Positions 39,644 to 50,093 of a stretch of 64,000 bases of DNA are shown here, piece by piece; positions within the stretch are counted from its first letter, which is position 1, and each line of letters starts with the position of its first letter. The stretch is from positions 288,001 to 352,000 of the forward strand of contig CAXXFK010000028.1 of the NCBI GenBank assembly GCA_963663965.2, written 5' to 3'. The notes under the pieces are model-generated. The model was not told where the DNA came from, did not search any database, and worked only from the letters and a program-made list of their open reading frames with translations. Both the position numbers and the translations under genes were made by a program. The DNA is from Sedimentisphaerales bacterium (GTDB lineage Bacteria > Planctomycetota > Phycisphaerae > Sedimentisphaerales > SM23-30).

Positions 39644-40094
39644 TTAAAGTTTTAACATTTTTCGATAGCGGGTGATATCGTCACGTACAATCTGACCTAT
39701 GATATCGGCTACCATCTTGTTTTCGCTTCGACTGATCGCGTGAGGAGGACGGTAGGGGGGGATAAACTGTTCCGAAGGGGCTGCGGTATTTTCAGCTATG
39801 GTCGTATCGACTGGATTTTCGATCGGGATCAATGGAGTCGTATCATGGGTCTGGTCCGGGTCCAGATCGTTGGCGGCCGCTTCCAGCGATGCCAGCATCA
39901 AATCCATTCGCGCTTTTTTCGATTTCTGATATCTGCAACGCGGACTCCGGTTCAGAGGGCGAATCGGAATGGTTTACCGGTTGACGGGATCCTTTTTCGA
40001 GGCCGGCATCGCCGCGCAGCAACGATAATTCCTCACTGCTGGGTCGATAGTCCTCAACATATTCGGTATCAGAATGTCTCTCGTCATTATTCAT
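39644..40094 (-). CDS. Hypothetical acidic protein downstream of gspM, probably one gene split by an extra base in an A6 run (+ strand T 39914-39919)
   Basis: ORFs 39843..40094 and 39644..39907 join as …SEIEKARMDLMLASLE… if one A is removed. Confidence 0.5.
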
Positions 40095-40175
40095 GAAGTA
40101 TAAACATTATAACTTACCGTATATATTGATTGCAAGAAAAATGAATAACAGGGCGGCCCAGGGAGCTTGGGAGAA

Positions 40176-40691
40176 TTATTGATTTATACTCAAAACCCCT
40201 GCGGAAATTTGTGCAGATATTTCTAAACTGTTTTTTTTATCAGGAGTTATGGTTACTTTTTCAATCTGCGAGGTATTGTCATTTACTAAACTGGTAATCA
40301 TTTGAGATAATTCATCGGGAGTGATCTGCGTCAAATGTATTTCAACCCGGGTCTCATTGAAACGGTCGTTTTGTCCTTTTGGAGTTGTGGTTACTTGCGC
40401 CTTGTTGGCCAGATCCGATTTTTTCAATATCAAGTTAATATATTCCCGGGGATTTTGCTCCGGACGGGTAAGGATTTCTTTTTTTAAGGTTGCCATTTGC
40501 CGGTCGAGGTGACGGTATTCTCTGGCATTACCGGCCAGTTGCTCCATGACAACTTCCGTTTCCGGGATAATCCGATTTAACGTCTCGATCCGCTGCCAGG
40601 CCGGCCGGATGACCAGCATAAACACCATCCATAGCGCAACGCACCCGGCTAACACAATGGCTGATTGTCTTTCTCGTTTTGAAAGATTCAT
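40176..40691 (-). CDS. gspM: Type II secretion protein M
   Basis: MNLSKRER followed by a TM segment and coiled coil; lies after gspL. Confidence 0.8.
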   Translation of the reverse strand: MNLSKRERQSAIVLAGCVALWMVFMLVIRPAWQRIETLNRIIPETEVVMEQLAGNAREYRHLDRQMATLKKEILTRPEQNPREYINLILKKSDLANKAQVTTTPKGQNDRFNETRVEIHLTQITPDELSQMITSLVNDNTSQIEKVTITPDKKNSLEISAQISAGVLSINQ

Positions 40692-42115
40692 AATACCTCT
40701 TTATCAGATGCTTCTTCAGGTAAATGCAGTTCAATCTTCATGCGAAAGTTAAACATCTCCTCCGATTTTGCTTCATTGACAGGAATGATCTCAACGTGCG
40801 AAAAAACCGCCTGGTTTTCAAGCTGTTTCTGCCAGCGGCTTACTGTTTCTTCATTTTGGGCAAGGGCGGTGATTTGAAATTGATTATTTTCCAGTATAAT
40901 TTCCCGGATGGTTAACTCCGGCATATTTTCCTGCAACTGGTTCCAGACAGCAAATCCCGTCTGTGGGATAAGGTAAGGGCTGATCATGCCGGCATCTGAT
41001 TTCAAATCGTTTAATCGCTGGGACAGTTGGGCCTGTTCATCGATAATATTGACTTCATCCGGTACTGTTTCAGTAAAAGTCATCCGAATCTGGTCTTTCA
41101 GATCGCTGTAATGCTGTTCCAGCACATACCGTTCCAGCAGTGTTCCGCACAGCCATGACACCAGGCTGATTCCCGCCAGGATCAGCGCGGTGAACGTCTG
41201 TTTCCGAACCGAAAGTGACGAATCCTTTGGTTGCGGTTTCGCCAGTCTGATAAGATTATCCTGGTCCTGGCGGGAGGCGTTAAAATAATGCAGCGCCAGT
41301 CCTTCACTCAAGCAAAGCGTGTAGTCATCCCGTATCTCTTCCTCGCAGTCAACCTGCGCGAAAGGATCCAGTTCAACGACCCGGTATTGACGTTCACTCA
41401 CCAGGTGGTTGATCAGGTCCAGACGGTCCCCGGCATGGGAGGCAATATAAACAGGTGTCTGCTTGGGCATGGCCTGTCCAAATAGACTATACCAGGTCTG
41501 ATCCAACTCATTCACAATCGCCTGATCGAATGAATCGTCACCGGATGACCGGGCCGGAAAAGCCCGGTGACCTGCCAGTTTTCCAAGGTCGCTTATAATG
41601 AGATAACAATGCCGGGTGTCTTCATAAAAGATGGTCACTCGCTGATCGGACAACTCGGGATGATTGACCAGCGCGACCGTATGTATCGCTCGGGCGGTTG
41701 GGATGATAGACCGGCATTTCAAACCGCTTTGCCGTACCATCGTCAGCAAATAGTGATAGATCTTACGGCGAACGACGGTTAATTGCTTCGTAGAGGTATT
41801 CTCTCCGTTAGGATGAATTTCAGAAATGGCATTGTCAGCAATCAACGGGCTGAATCGTTCGAAATGACTGGTTTCGTCTGTTTTCAGTTCAGTCTGAAAC
41901 AATGCGTCTGGCGGTAAATTGATAATGACCGGGCTGCGTCGGTCAAAACCCCGGACGGCAGTCAGGTCTTTTAAAATATTCAGAGGATTATCGGACTTCC
42001 GGCGTGTCAACGCGTTATGGCTGTGCTGGATGCGGTAGCGGCCGTTCTCTCGTGTCAGTTGAACCGCCTTGATCCAGTTGGGGCCAATATCCAGTCCTAT
42101 GCAATGTTTCGCCAT
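40688..42115 (-). CDS. gspL: Type II secretion protein L (PilM/PilN-like fusion)
   Basis: N-terminal IGLDIG actin-like motif, a TM segment and a PilN-like C-domain. Confidence 0.8.
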   Translation of the reverse strand: MAKHCIGLDIGPNWIKAVQLTRENGRYRIQHSHNALTRRKSDNPLNILKDLTAVRGFDRRSPVIINLPPDALFQTELKTDETSHFERFSPLIADNAISEIHPNGENTSTKQLTVVRRKIYHYLLTMVRQSGLKCRSIIPTARAIHTVALVNHPELSDQRVTIFYEDTRHCYLIISDLGKLAGHRAFPARSSGDDSFDQAIVNELDQTWYSLFGQAMPKQTPVYIASHAGDRLDLINHLVSERQYRVVELDPFAQVDCEEEIRDDYTLCLSEGLALHYFNASRQDQDNLIRLAKPQPKDSSLSVRKQTFTALILAGISLVSWLCGTLLERYVLEQHYSDLKDQIRMTFTETVPDEVNIIDEQAQLSQRLNDLKSDAGMISPYLIPQTGFAVWNQLQENMPELTIREIILENNQFQITALAQNEETVSRWQKQLENQAVFSHVEIIPVNEAKSEEMFNFRMKIELHLPEEASDKEVL

Positions 42116-43143
42116 TAGTTTTCCTTATACTCCAGTATCGACCAGCCGCCGGTGTCGGTTTTCAATTTTATGATCATCGTTCCCTGCGATTCTTCCTTTC
42201 CACAGATTCCCTTGCTCTGAATTCGATAAACCCGGCTCTCGGGCTTCACGGTGAGTCTGACCGCGATCGTAGCAAACCGGTCTGCGGATAATCCACACAC
42301 TGACCGGAATTCCTCCAGACTGCCAAAAGGCTGGCTTTGACGATACGCCAGGATTGTTTCGATTTGGTCTACTGAGATCTCCTCATCCAGTGTGAACAGT
42401 AGCCAGGGATTAGCAGTGTTGATATTCAGCTTGCCGGTATAATGCACGGTTAACAGACCTTCCAATCCAGGAAAATGCCATGTCTTCCTGCCGGTCATGT
42501 CCTGTCCTTGATAGATGGCCGGGGTGATGCCTTTGACCCGGTTCAATTCACTGAGGATTTCAAATGGCCGGTTGCCGCAGGGAGTGTCACTGGTTGAATC
42601 GACTGGATCCCAGCCGGTATTATCAGTGGCAACCCATGGCAGGACCGTCTTCTCCTGATCCGCGTCAATCCAGTCGATCAGACACGGCACAAATGCATAA
42701 TTGGCCAGCGATCGGCCTGACGCGCTGTTGATTCGATCAACCAGACGCAGCAATTGATTCACGATAAACCGGTCCAGTTGGCCCGCTTCATTTTTGATGG
42801 CGTTGATGGGCAGTTTGCCTGATTCATCTTCAATCGTGATCAGACAGCGCCCCTCGTCCATGGTAATCTCCCGGGGACCGTGAAATGACAGTTTCATCTC
42901 TGTCAGCAAGTCTGGGTTTTCGCGCAAAGCGCCGCAGGCAATATCGCACCCCGACAAGGCATTTTGCCGTGCCTGGAACCTGGCCGGGCGCTCTGCGGCA
43001 ACCGCCAGCGACTGCATCCCCTGACGAAAGACCCTCAGCAACAACGCACTGAGCAATACCAGGACTACCAGGACCGTGATCAGTATAAATCCGCGGCCCC
43101 GGTATCTGGTATGACAGTGAGCTTGTAGTCGGTATCCCATCAT
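42115..43143 (-). CDS. gspK: Type II secretion minor pseudopilin K
   Basis: RG|FILITVL (no E+5), IEDESGK..IN, LIDWIDAD, SEL..VKG and LNINTA. Confidence 0.9.
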   Translation of the reverse strand: MMGYRLQAHCHTRYRGRGFILITVLVVLVLLSALLLRVFRQGMQSLAVAAERPARFQARQNALSGCDIACGALRENPDLLTEMKLSFHGPREITMDEGRCLITIEDESGKLPINAIKNEAGQLDRFIVNQLLRLVDRINSASGRSLANYAFVPCLIDWIDADQEKTVLPWVATDNTGWDPVDSTSDTPCGNRPFEILSELNRVKGITPAIYQGQDMTGRKTWHFPGLEGLLTVHYTGKLNINTANPWLLFTLDEEISVDQIETILAYRQSQPFGSLEEFRSVCGLSADRFATIAVRLTVKPESRVYRIQSKGICGKEESQGTMIIKLKTDTGGWSILEYKEN

Positions 43144-43811
43144 TTTTGCGTACCTCCGGTATGGTCTGCCAGCCGCTCGCGAGTGACGGGGCTGGCAAGC
43201 ACTGGCGCCAGGGTATGGAGGGTAAATGATGAGTCAGGTATTGCTGGATCATAAACGGTCAAGTCGATTGACAGTGCCTTTGGACAGGATTCGGTACGAT
43301 CCTGCCAGGAAGGGCTCAATTGCCCATGGGTATCGTAAGCTTCAAATTTCAGATCAATCCCCATTTGCGAAATGACGATTTCTTTATCTGGAGGTGATGT
43401 CGGCTCGTTGTCGGAGCTTAATGTGATAAACGGTTCTTCCCGATAAAACAGTTGGCCATTGGTGTTAACTTGCCAGCTGACTTGATAGAGCCCGCCAATT
43501 ACCGGTGGTGAAAACAAGGGTTGACTGGTAATGAATGATAATTGTGCTGATCTGTTATTGCTTTCCAGTACAAACCCGGATTCACCGTTATTGCTCCAGT
43601 CTGTAATCGGCTGACAGGCTGCCAGTTGAACTTTCAATTTTTCACAGAGACTGGCCGCTTCTCGATACAGGGTTAATTGCCGCTGGCATTGCTGTGAACC
43701 CAGCAAGGTTACCCGGTATGTACCATAGACGACTGTGAGCATTAATGATACAAGGGTAATCGCGATCATCAGTTCAAATAAGGTAAAACCCCGGCGATCG
43801 ATATGCTTCAT
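43140..43811 (-). CDS. gspJ: Type II secretion minor pseudopilin J
   Basis: RRG|FTLFELMIAI prepilin motif; size and position between gspI and gspK. Confidence 0.82.
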   Translation of the reverse strand: MKHIDRRGFTLFELMIAITLVSLMLTVVYGTYRVTLLGSQQCQRQLTLYREAASLCEKLKVQLAACQPITDWSNNGESGFVLESNNRSAQLSFITSQPLFSPPVIGGLYQVSWQVNTNGQLFYREEPFITLSSDNEPTSPPDKEIVISQMGIDLKFEAYDTHGQLSPSWQDRTESCPKALSIDLTVYDPAIPDSSFTLHTLAPVLASPVTRERLADHTGGTQK

Positions 43812-44224
43812 GATACCTCCTCCCGGGGCAGAAAAGTGCGGTGCAGCTCCAAAGACTGTCGCTGTCCCCGTTCGTCCCAGGTGACGATAACCGTTGCTTG
43901 CTTTAAGGTACCCATCGGCAGGCCGGCAAGCCTGTCAGAGTTACAGCGCGCCGTTTCAATGGACCAGTGAAACAACCGGCCATTGAAATCATCGCTGCCT
44001 TCCAATTGCGGAGTGTTTTCAGGATTCTGAAGATAGGTCATCAATTGCGTTTCCGCAATACTGGCCGCCATTGTCCGCATTGCGGTTGATTCGGTCAGTT
44101 GCACGGTATTTAAATGCAGACGAACCAGCGCCAGCAGTCCAATCGCTACCACGGCCAGTGCGACCAGCGTTTCTATCAGGGTAAAACCCTGTTGGGAATA
44201 TAATTTATTTGATCGAATCATCAT
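43808..44224 (-). CDS. gspI: Type II secretion minor pseudopilin I
   Basis: QQG|FTLIETLVALAVVAIGL; 138 aa; F.W and V.V.W motifs. Confidence 0.85.
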   Translation of the reverse strand: MMIRSNKLYSQQGFTLIETLVALAVVAIGLLALVRLHLNTVQLTESTAMRTMAASIAETQLMTYLQNPENTPQLEGSDDFNGRLFHWSIETARCNSDRLAGLPMGTLKQATVIVTWDERGQRQSLELHRTFLPREEVS

Positions 44225-44233
44225 GGCGGGTAT

Positions 44234-44686
44234 TTAGTTTGATTCCAGATCCCAGCTGACGATATCCGCGTCGTCCCCGCTGCCGCCTTTCTCCCCGTCT
44301 TTGCCATACGAGATAATATCGTAATCCTTGCCATGTACTCCTGGACAGAGATACAGATAGGGATTACCCCAGGGATCATCCGGCACCTTGTCCAGGTAAC
44401 CTTTGGAATTATAATTCTTGATCCCCGGATCGGTAACCAGCGTTTTGAGCCCTTCCACTGTGGTCGGGAACCTGCCGGTATCCGCATGGAAATAGGCCAG
44501 CGCCGCTTCAATATTTTTTATTTCAATCACCGCTTTGGCTCGCCGCGCCTGATCCGGCTTATCCAGGATTTTAGGCATGATGATGGTTGCCAGTAATCCC
44601 AGAATGACAATAACGATCATTAACTCGATCAGGGTAAATGCGCGTTCTCGATAATGATGTTTCATGATGATCATGATGCTCTCCAT
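44234..44686 (-). CDS. gspG: Type II secretion major pseudopilin G
   Basis: A|FTLIELMIVIVILGLLA, DTGRFPTT..GL..LV, YLDKVP.DPWGNPY.Y..PG and SYGKDG..GG; true start probably 44674 or 44665. Confidence 0.95.
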   Translation of the reverse strand: MESIMIIMKHHYRERAFTLIELMIVIVILGLLATIIMPKILDKPDQARRAKAVIEIKNIEAALAYFHADTGRFPTTVEGLKTLVTDPGIKNYNSKGYLDKVPDDPWGNPYLYLCPGVHGKDYDIISYGKDGEKGGSGDDADIVSWDLESN

Positions 44687-44839
44687 TTGATAGTGGGAAT
44701 AAAGCTGTATCCTGATTGCTCTAATACTAGACAGACATTCCTTTCATTATCGTTGTACTGAGATATAGAAAGATCGTTTTGCATAGATGCTGTCATTGAA
44801 TTTGGTATCATGATTAAGCTGTTAGTATTTTTACACTTT

Positions 44840-46065
44840 CTAAAATGCCTGATTGATCTCATACAATGGCAGAAGAATCGCCATCACAATAAATCCGATG
44901 ACCACGCCCATCACCAGCAGGATCAACGGTTCCAGCAAGGTCGTCAGCGCCCGGGAAGTATTTTCGATTTCGGTGTCATAGATATCCGCCAGACCGGTCA
45001 GGGGCGTCTCAATATCCCGGTTTGTTCCCCGGTTTCGATGGTATGGATCAGCAATCCCGGAAAGACCCCGGTTTGTCGGATCGCCTCTGCGATAGACGAA
45101 CCGCGTTCGATATCGCCCCCGGCCAGCTTCAACGGCTCATTCATCGCCCGGTTCTGGATTACTGGACGCGCCAGTTCCAGCGCCTGGACAGCCGGTAATC
45201 CGCTCGATAGCAGCATGGCATAGGTACGGGCAAAGCGGCTTGTTTCGATCTGGGTGATCAGTGAGCCAATTCCAGGAAGCCTTAACCAGACCCGGTCCAG
45301 AATGTGCCGGTTCGACTCGCTGCGCAGCCATAGATAGCCTGCGACCCCACCCGATAGGGCCACCACTAGTAAAATCGGCCAGCTCTGTTGCATAAACGAA
45401 CTGGCGGCGATCAGGATCCGGGTGATCAGCGGCAGGTCTCGATTCATCTCAATAAATATCGTGGTAATCTGGGGCACAACTGCGGTTAACAAAAAGATCA
45501 CCACACCCACCGCCATGACTGCCATAAAGGCCGGATAGGCAATGGAGGCCCGCAGTGTGCTTTGCAGCCGCGCGCGCTTGTCCAGAATATCGGCCAGTTT
45601 CAGCAGGGCACGGTCCAGCGAACCGCCGGCCTGCCCAGCCTGCACCATCCCGGTATATAAGGGTGAAAATACGGTTTTATAATGTCCCAGTGCACCGGCG
45701 AAATCTTCCCCGGCATTCACCTGTTGCTGTAGCCGTTCGAGCATCGCTTTGATCGTCGGGGTCTGACCCTGTTCAGCCAGCGCCGCCAGCGCCGGTACCA
45801 GCGGCATCCCGGCTTGCAGCAGGGCCGCCAGTTGACGCGTGAATAAAGCCAGTTGACGGGTAGTTAACCTGGGGGGCTCATTCGTTTGCGAACTCACCGG
45901 CAACGCCACGGCATCGGATGGTTTACGCCGGTCCAGGTCATTCGCCGGGTCGCCGCGACGTATCGCGGGCTCTTCGATCTCCCAGACATAAAAATCGTCT
46001 TCGCGGCTTTCGATTGCGCCGGTCGCTCCTGAACTGGGCAAATTGTCTAAATGTGGTTCATTCAT
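44840..46065 (-). CDS. gspF: Type II secretion inner-membrane platform protein F; frameshifted at + strand C3 45016-45018
   Basis: FTRQLAALL.AG.PL, MV.AG..GGSL and YPAF. Adding one G gives GEQTGDIETPL..LADIYD.E…LEPLILLVMG.VIGFIVMAILLP to TAG at 44840. Confidence 0.9.
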
Positions 46066-46104
46066 TTCGCTCTGTCATTCAGTCGGTTTTATTTCAGAGG
46101 CCAA

Positions 46105-47847
46105 TCAGAGGGTATCGCCAATCGTCTCCAGATTCGCCGCCGATTGATCCTGGGTCACGCGCAATACCTCTTCAATCGAGGTCACACCGGCGATGGCCTT
46201 GCGGATTCCATCCTGACGTAATGTCGTCATGCCATGCTGAACGGCCAGGTCTTTAATCTCACGGCAGGAGGCGCCTTCATTGATCATTTCACGGATCGTT
46301 TCGTCGATAGTCAGTAATTCAAAGATCCCGGATCGTCCAAGATAACCGCTTTGCATGCATCGTTCGCAACCGGCTCCACGAAAGAATCGCGCGTCCATGC
46401 CATAGTGGCTGGTCTCTTCCCTGGGCCGCAGTTGCTTGCAGTTCGGACACAAACTCCGTACCAGACGCTGGGCCATCACTGCCGTCAGCGATGAGGAGAT
46501 CAGATACTGCTCGATCCCCATATCGACCAGCCGGACAATCGCCGAGGCCGAATCGTTGGTATGCAAGGTACTGAACACCATATGCCCGGTCAGTGAGGCC
46601 TGGATGGCGATTTCAGCGGTTTCCCGGTCGCGGATCTCTCCGATCATTACGACATCCGGATCCTGCCGCAGGATATGGCGCAGACAATTGGCGAAATTCA
46701 GGTTGATCTTGGGTTTCACCTGCATCTGTCCCACGCCCGACAGTTGGTATTCGATCGGATCTTCTACCGTCAATATGTTCCGTTCGGGATCGCTCAACTC
46801 ACTGATAGCCGCGTACAAGGTGGTCGTCTTACCGCTGCCGGTCGGACCGGTCAGCAGGATAATCCCGTGCGGCTGGTAAATCACTTTTCGGAACAACTTC
46901 TCTTCACTGGAATGTAAACCCAACTGGTCCAGCAAGACGGCTTGATGCCCCTTGTCCAGCAGACGCAGGACCACACGCTCTCCGTCAGCCGTCGGAATGG
47001 TTGACAACCGGATATCCATCTCCTTCTCTCCGATCCGGATCCGGCTCTGACCATCTTGGGGTAACCTCCGTTCAGCAATATCCAGGTTGGCCATGACCTT
47101 CAAACGCGAAGTCAAGACCGGCCCCAGGTGCGGCGGTAAGGTCATCGTATTGTGCAAAACGCCGTCAATGCGAAACCGGACCTTGACCTCGGCTTCATAA
47201 GGTTCGATATGAATATCGCTGGCGCGCGCCTGCACCGCCCGGAAAAAAATCATATTCACCAGCCGGATAACCGGAGGCTGATTGGCGATATTAAGCAAAT
47301 CCTCCGACCGGACTATTCGGGTCGCCTGAGCAGCCTTGGCAATGTCATCATTCTGGGTATCGGTTTTATGGTCAACGGTTTTATAATAACAATCGCTGAT
47401 GGCCTGTTCGATAATACCGGCCGGCGCCACCGCGCGCGGACATCGATATCCCAGGATATTCTGAACCGCGTCACAGGCTGATAAATGACGTGGATCCGCT
47501 GTGATAATCAGTATGCCTTGATCCACATCCCGTACCGGAACAACCCGCTGTTGACGCAAAAATTCCAGTGGAAACTGACGCAGCAGATCCGGATCAAGCT
47601 GAGTGGGGGGGATCTCATCCAGCCAGACCAGTCCCCATAATTTCGCCAGACAGCGAGCCATGGTTTCCGGCTCGATCATCTCACGTTCCAGCAGGGTATC
47701 GACCAGGGCGAATGGCTTGTTCTCGGTGGCCAGATGCTCTACCACCGCACGCGCCGCCCGGAGTCGTTCTTCGGTCAGGCCGCCTTCTTCCAGCAAAATA
47801 GTTTCGATTGATTCCTTCATGATCATAGTTAAAGGGATTAAAAGCAT
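46105..47847 (-). CDS. gspE: Type II secretion ATPase E
   Basis: ASDIHIEP, ERRLPQDG, Walker A GPTGSGKTT, TVEDPIEY, LRQDPDV.MIGEIRD, TGH.VFSTLHTN and CPNC…CERC. Confidence 0.96.
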   Translation of the reverse strand: MLLIPLTMIMKESIETILLEEGGLTEERLRAARAVVEHLATENKPFALVDTLLEREMIEPETMARCLAKLWGLVWLDEIPPTQLDPDLLRQFPLEFLRQQRVVPVRDVDQGILIITADPRHLSACDAVQNILGYRCPRAVAPAGIIEQAISDCYYKTVDHKTDTQNDDIAKAAQATRIVRSEDLLNIANQPPVIRLVNMIFFRAVQARASDIHIEPYEAEVKVRFRIDGVLHNTMTLPPHLGPVLTSRLKVMANLDIAERRLPQDGQSRIRIGEKEMDIRLSTIPTADGERVVLRLLDKGHQAVLLDQLGLHSSEEKLFRKVIYQPHGIILLTGPTGSGKTTTLYAAISELSDPERNILTVEDPIEYQLSGVGQMQVKPKINLNFANCLRHILRQDPDVVMIGEIRDRETAEIAIQASLTGHMVFSTLHTNDSASAIVRLVDMGIEQYLISSSLTAVMAQRLVRSLCPNCKQLRPREETSHYGMDARFFRGAGCERCMQSGYLGRSGIFELLTIDETIREMINEGASCREIKDLAVQHGMTTLRQDGIRKAIAGVTSIEEVLRVTQDQSAANLETIGDTL

Positions 47848-47859
47848 TGCTGCTTAATC

Positions 47860-50052
47860 TTAATTTTTAGTTGGTATTAATCCTTTACTGGCAGTATTCA
47901 GCTCTTGCTTTTTATATTGGGTAATTTCCGCCAGTTGTTGCGGACTGTTCAGAATATACGGCGTGATGAAAATCAACAGGTTGGTCTTTTGTTTGCGATC
48001 AGTTTTATATTTAAACAATTCACCCAGTAATGGGATATCGCCCAGTAGCGGCACTTTTTTGGTCAGGACCACCCGGTCGTCCCGGATCAATCCGCCGATT
48101 ACTACCGTTGTCCCGCTTTTCATCGACACCGTAGTCTGGGTCTGGCGCTTGGCGGTTGTCGGTGTTTCGCTGCCCAGGCCCGATACCCCTTCGATCAGCT
48201 TGGTAAACTCGTTCTCCACTTCCAACCGCACAATCCCACCCTGGTTGACGTGTGGAGTAATATTCAGCGTAATCCCCACATCCTTATAGTCGTAGGTCTG
48301 GATCACGGTTGGATCGCCCGGGTCGGTTTCCGTAATACGGGAATTGGTGACATACGGGATATTGTCACCCACGACAATCTTGGCGTTTTTATGGTTGGTT
48401 GTCATAATGTGCGGCGTGGACAGGATATTCACGCCGGATTCCTTCTCCAGTGCGTACAGAATCGCCGCCAGTTTGGTATTTCCGCTGATATTCTTATAAG
48501 CACCCACCTGCATGCCCTCCAGTGTCCCGGCCGCGTGATCCACGCGCAGGCCATAGTTGGTCATGCCGAATGCCCGCATATGATCCGAAACCGCCTCATC
48601 CAGCGTTTGCCAGTCGATCCCGACTTCATCCAGCACATCCTGGCTGATTTCCAGAATTTTAAGTTCCACCAGTACCTGTTCGCGCACAATATCGAGTTTT
48701 TCGATAATACTGTCGATCACCTTAAAATCCTGAGCCGAAGCGGTGATGATCAAAGAGTTTGTCCCGGTATCCGGTGATATTTGTACTGGCTGCATGTTCT
48801 GATTGGTAGTGTTTTTTTGCAGGTTGCTCCAGGCGGCAGTGATGGCTTTGGCCACATCTTCCGCCGGCGCGTGTTCCAGGTAACGGACATGAGCGTTAAT
48901 CGCGCCCTGGGGCCGTTCCACATCCAGCTGATCGACAATTTGCTGCACCCGTTGAATATCCTGCTGACCGCCCACCACGATCAGGCCGTTGATATGCGAA
49001 TCTGGCAGAATTTTCAATTTGGTCGCGCCGGCAGTGGATACTCCCGGCCGGGCGCCGCCCTGGGCGGTTTGCGTCAATATCTCCATGACATTGGTACTCA
49101 AGGTCTGGGCTGAAGCGTATCGCAATGGAATGACTTTGATCTGCTCGCGTGCGCCCGGCACATCGAGTTGTTGAATAATTCGCGCCACCCGGTGGATATT
49201 GGCTGAGACATCGGTTATCAAAATGGCGTTGATCCGCGGATAGGAATCGATATGGGCGTCCTTGGCCAGCGGCTTGATAATATTCATCACTTCAGTCGTG
49301 TCAGCGTATTTTAGTGGAATAATCTGCGTCGCCAGGGTATCGCTCAGTGGAATGGATGCCGGATCGCTCCCCACCCGTACCAGTAGATCGCTGGAGATCA
49401 CTTTCCCTCGCTGGACAATCTTGACAAACTCACCACTGCGGATCGCCGCATACCCTTTTACCGTCAGTATGGTTTCCAGAAAATCGAACAGTTCTTTAAC
49501 CTTGATTTCCCGCGGCGACATTACGGTGACTTTACCGCTGACACTGTCATCCACAATAAAATTCACCCCGGTAATATCGCCGATCGTATCCAGAACCGTG
49601 CGGATATCCACCTCGTTAAAATCGACCGAAATCGTATCCTCCGCGATGGCCGGATCATACAGGTCGAAAATCGGTTCTGCCGGTGGCTGTATTATCGGAT
49701 CTGCCTCGGCTTCAATGGCTTCATCCGGTTCATTGGTTATGTCAGTTGGCGATACCTCTGGTTTTTGGGGCGCGATGGTGACTGGCTCTTCGTTCTGATC
49801 GGGCGCCGGATCATCCGCATACTGGCGGAGCGAAGCCTCAATCAGTTGCTGTGCGGTCTGAGCGTCCACGGTCTGGAATCCCACCGGCTCGGAACTCTGT
49901 TTCCCGGATTGTGGTTGGGGGAGAGTATTCTGTCGGCAGCCTCCCATTATCCACATCATAATAATCAGCCAGGATATCCACCCGATACCATCTCTCATTG
50001 GTTTTCTGTCTATTACCATTTCTTTTCTCTCAACGGAATTCATCGTATTCAA
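47860..50052 (-). CDS. gspD: Type II secretion secretin D (predicted lipoprotein)
   Basis: N0 domain (VDF..VDIR…NFIVD..V.GKVT), N-repeats (PL.YA.A) and secretin domain (ILSTP, DVGI.L.ITP, KVPLLGDIPLLG.LF, LLIFITP); lipobox-like MGGC. Confidence 0.95.
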   Translation of the reverse strand: MNTMNSVERKEMVIDRKPMRDGIGWISWLIIMMWIMGGCRQNTLPQPQSGKQSSEPVGFQTVDAQTAQQLIEASLRQYADDPAPDQNEEPVTIAPQKPEVSPTDITNEPDEAIEAEADPIIQPPAEPIFDLYDPAIAEDTISVDFNEVDIRTVLDTIGDITGVNFIVDDSVSGKVTVMSPREIKVKELFDFLETILTVKGYAAIRSGEFVKIVQRGKVISSDLLVRVGSDPASIPLSDTLATQIIPLKYADTTEVMNIIKPLAKDAHIDSYPRINAILITDVSANIHRVARIIQQLDVPGAREQIKVIPLRYASAQTLSTNVMEILTQTAQGGARPGVSTAGATKLKILPDSHINGLIVVGGQQDIQRVQQIVDQLDVERPQGAINAHVRYLEHAPAEDVAKAITAAWSNLQKNTTNQNMQPVQISPDTGTNSLIITASAQDFKVIDSIIEKLDIVREQVLVELKILEISQDVLDEVGIDWQTLDEAVSDHMRAFGMTNYGLRVDHAAGTLEGMQVGAYKNISGNTKLAAILYALEKESGVNILSTPHIMTTNHKNAKIVVGDNIPYVTNSRITETDPGDPTVIQTYDYKDVGITLNITPHVNQGGIVRLEVENEFTKLIEGVSGLGSETPTTAKRQTQTTVSMKSGTTVVIGGLIRDDRVVLTKKVPLLGDIPLLGELFKYKTDRKQKTNLLIFITPYILNSPQQLAEITQYKKQELNTASKGLIPTKN

Positions 50053-50093
50053 TCACTCCATCCCGATAGGTTTCTCGTAAAGATTGCTTATTG

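Noticed and set aside
44671..44862. 63-aa minus-strand ORF between gspF and gspG as a possible gspH
   Set aside because: It has no prepilin cleavage motif or hydrophobic helix, and it overlaps the true gspF 3' end.
49947..49955. Perfect DnaA box TTATCCACA
   Set aside because: It is a single copy inside gspD, with no cluster and no oriC context.
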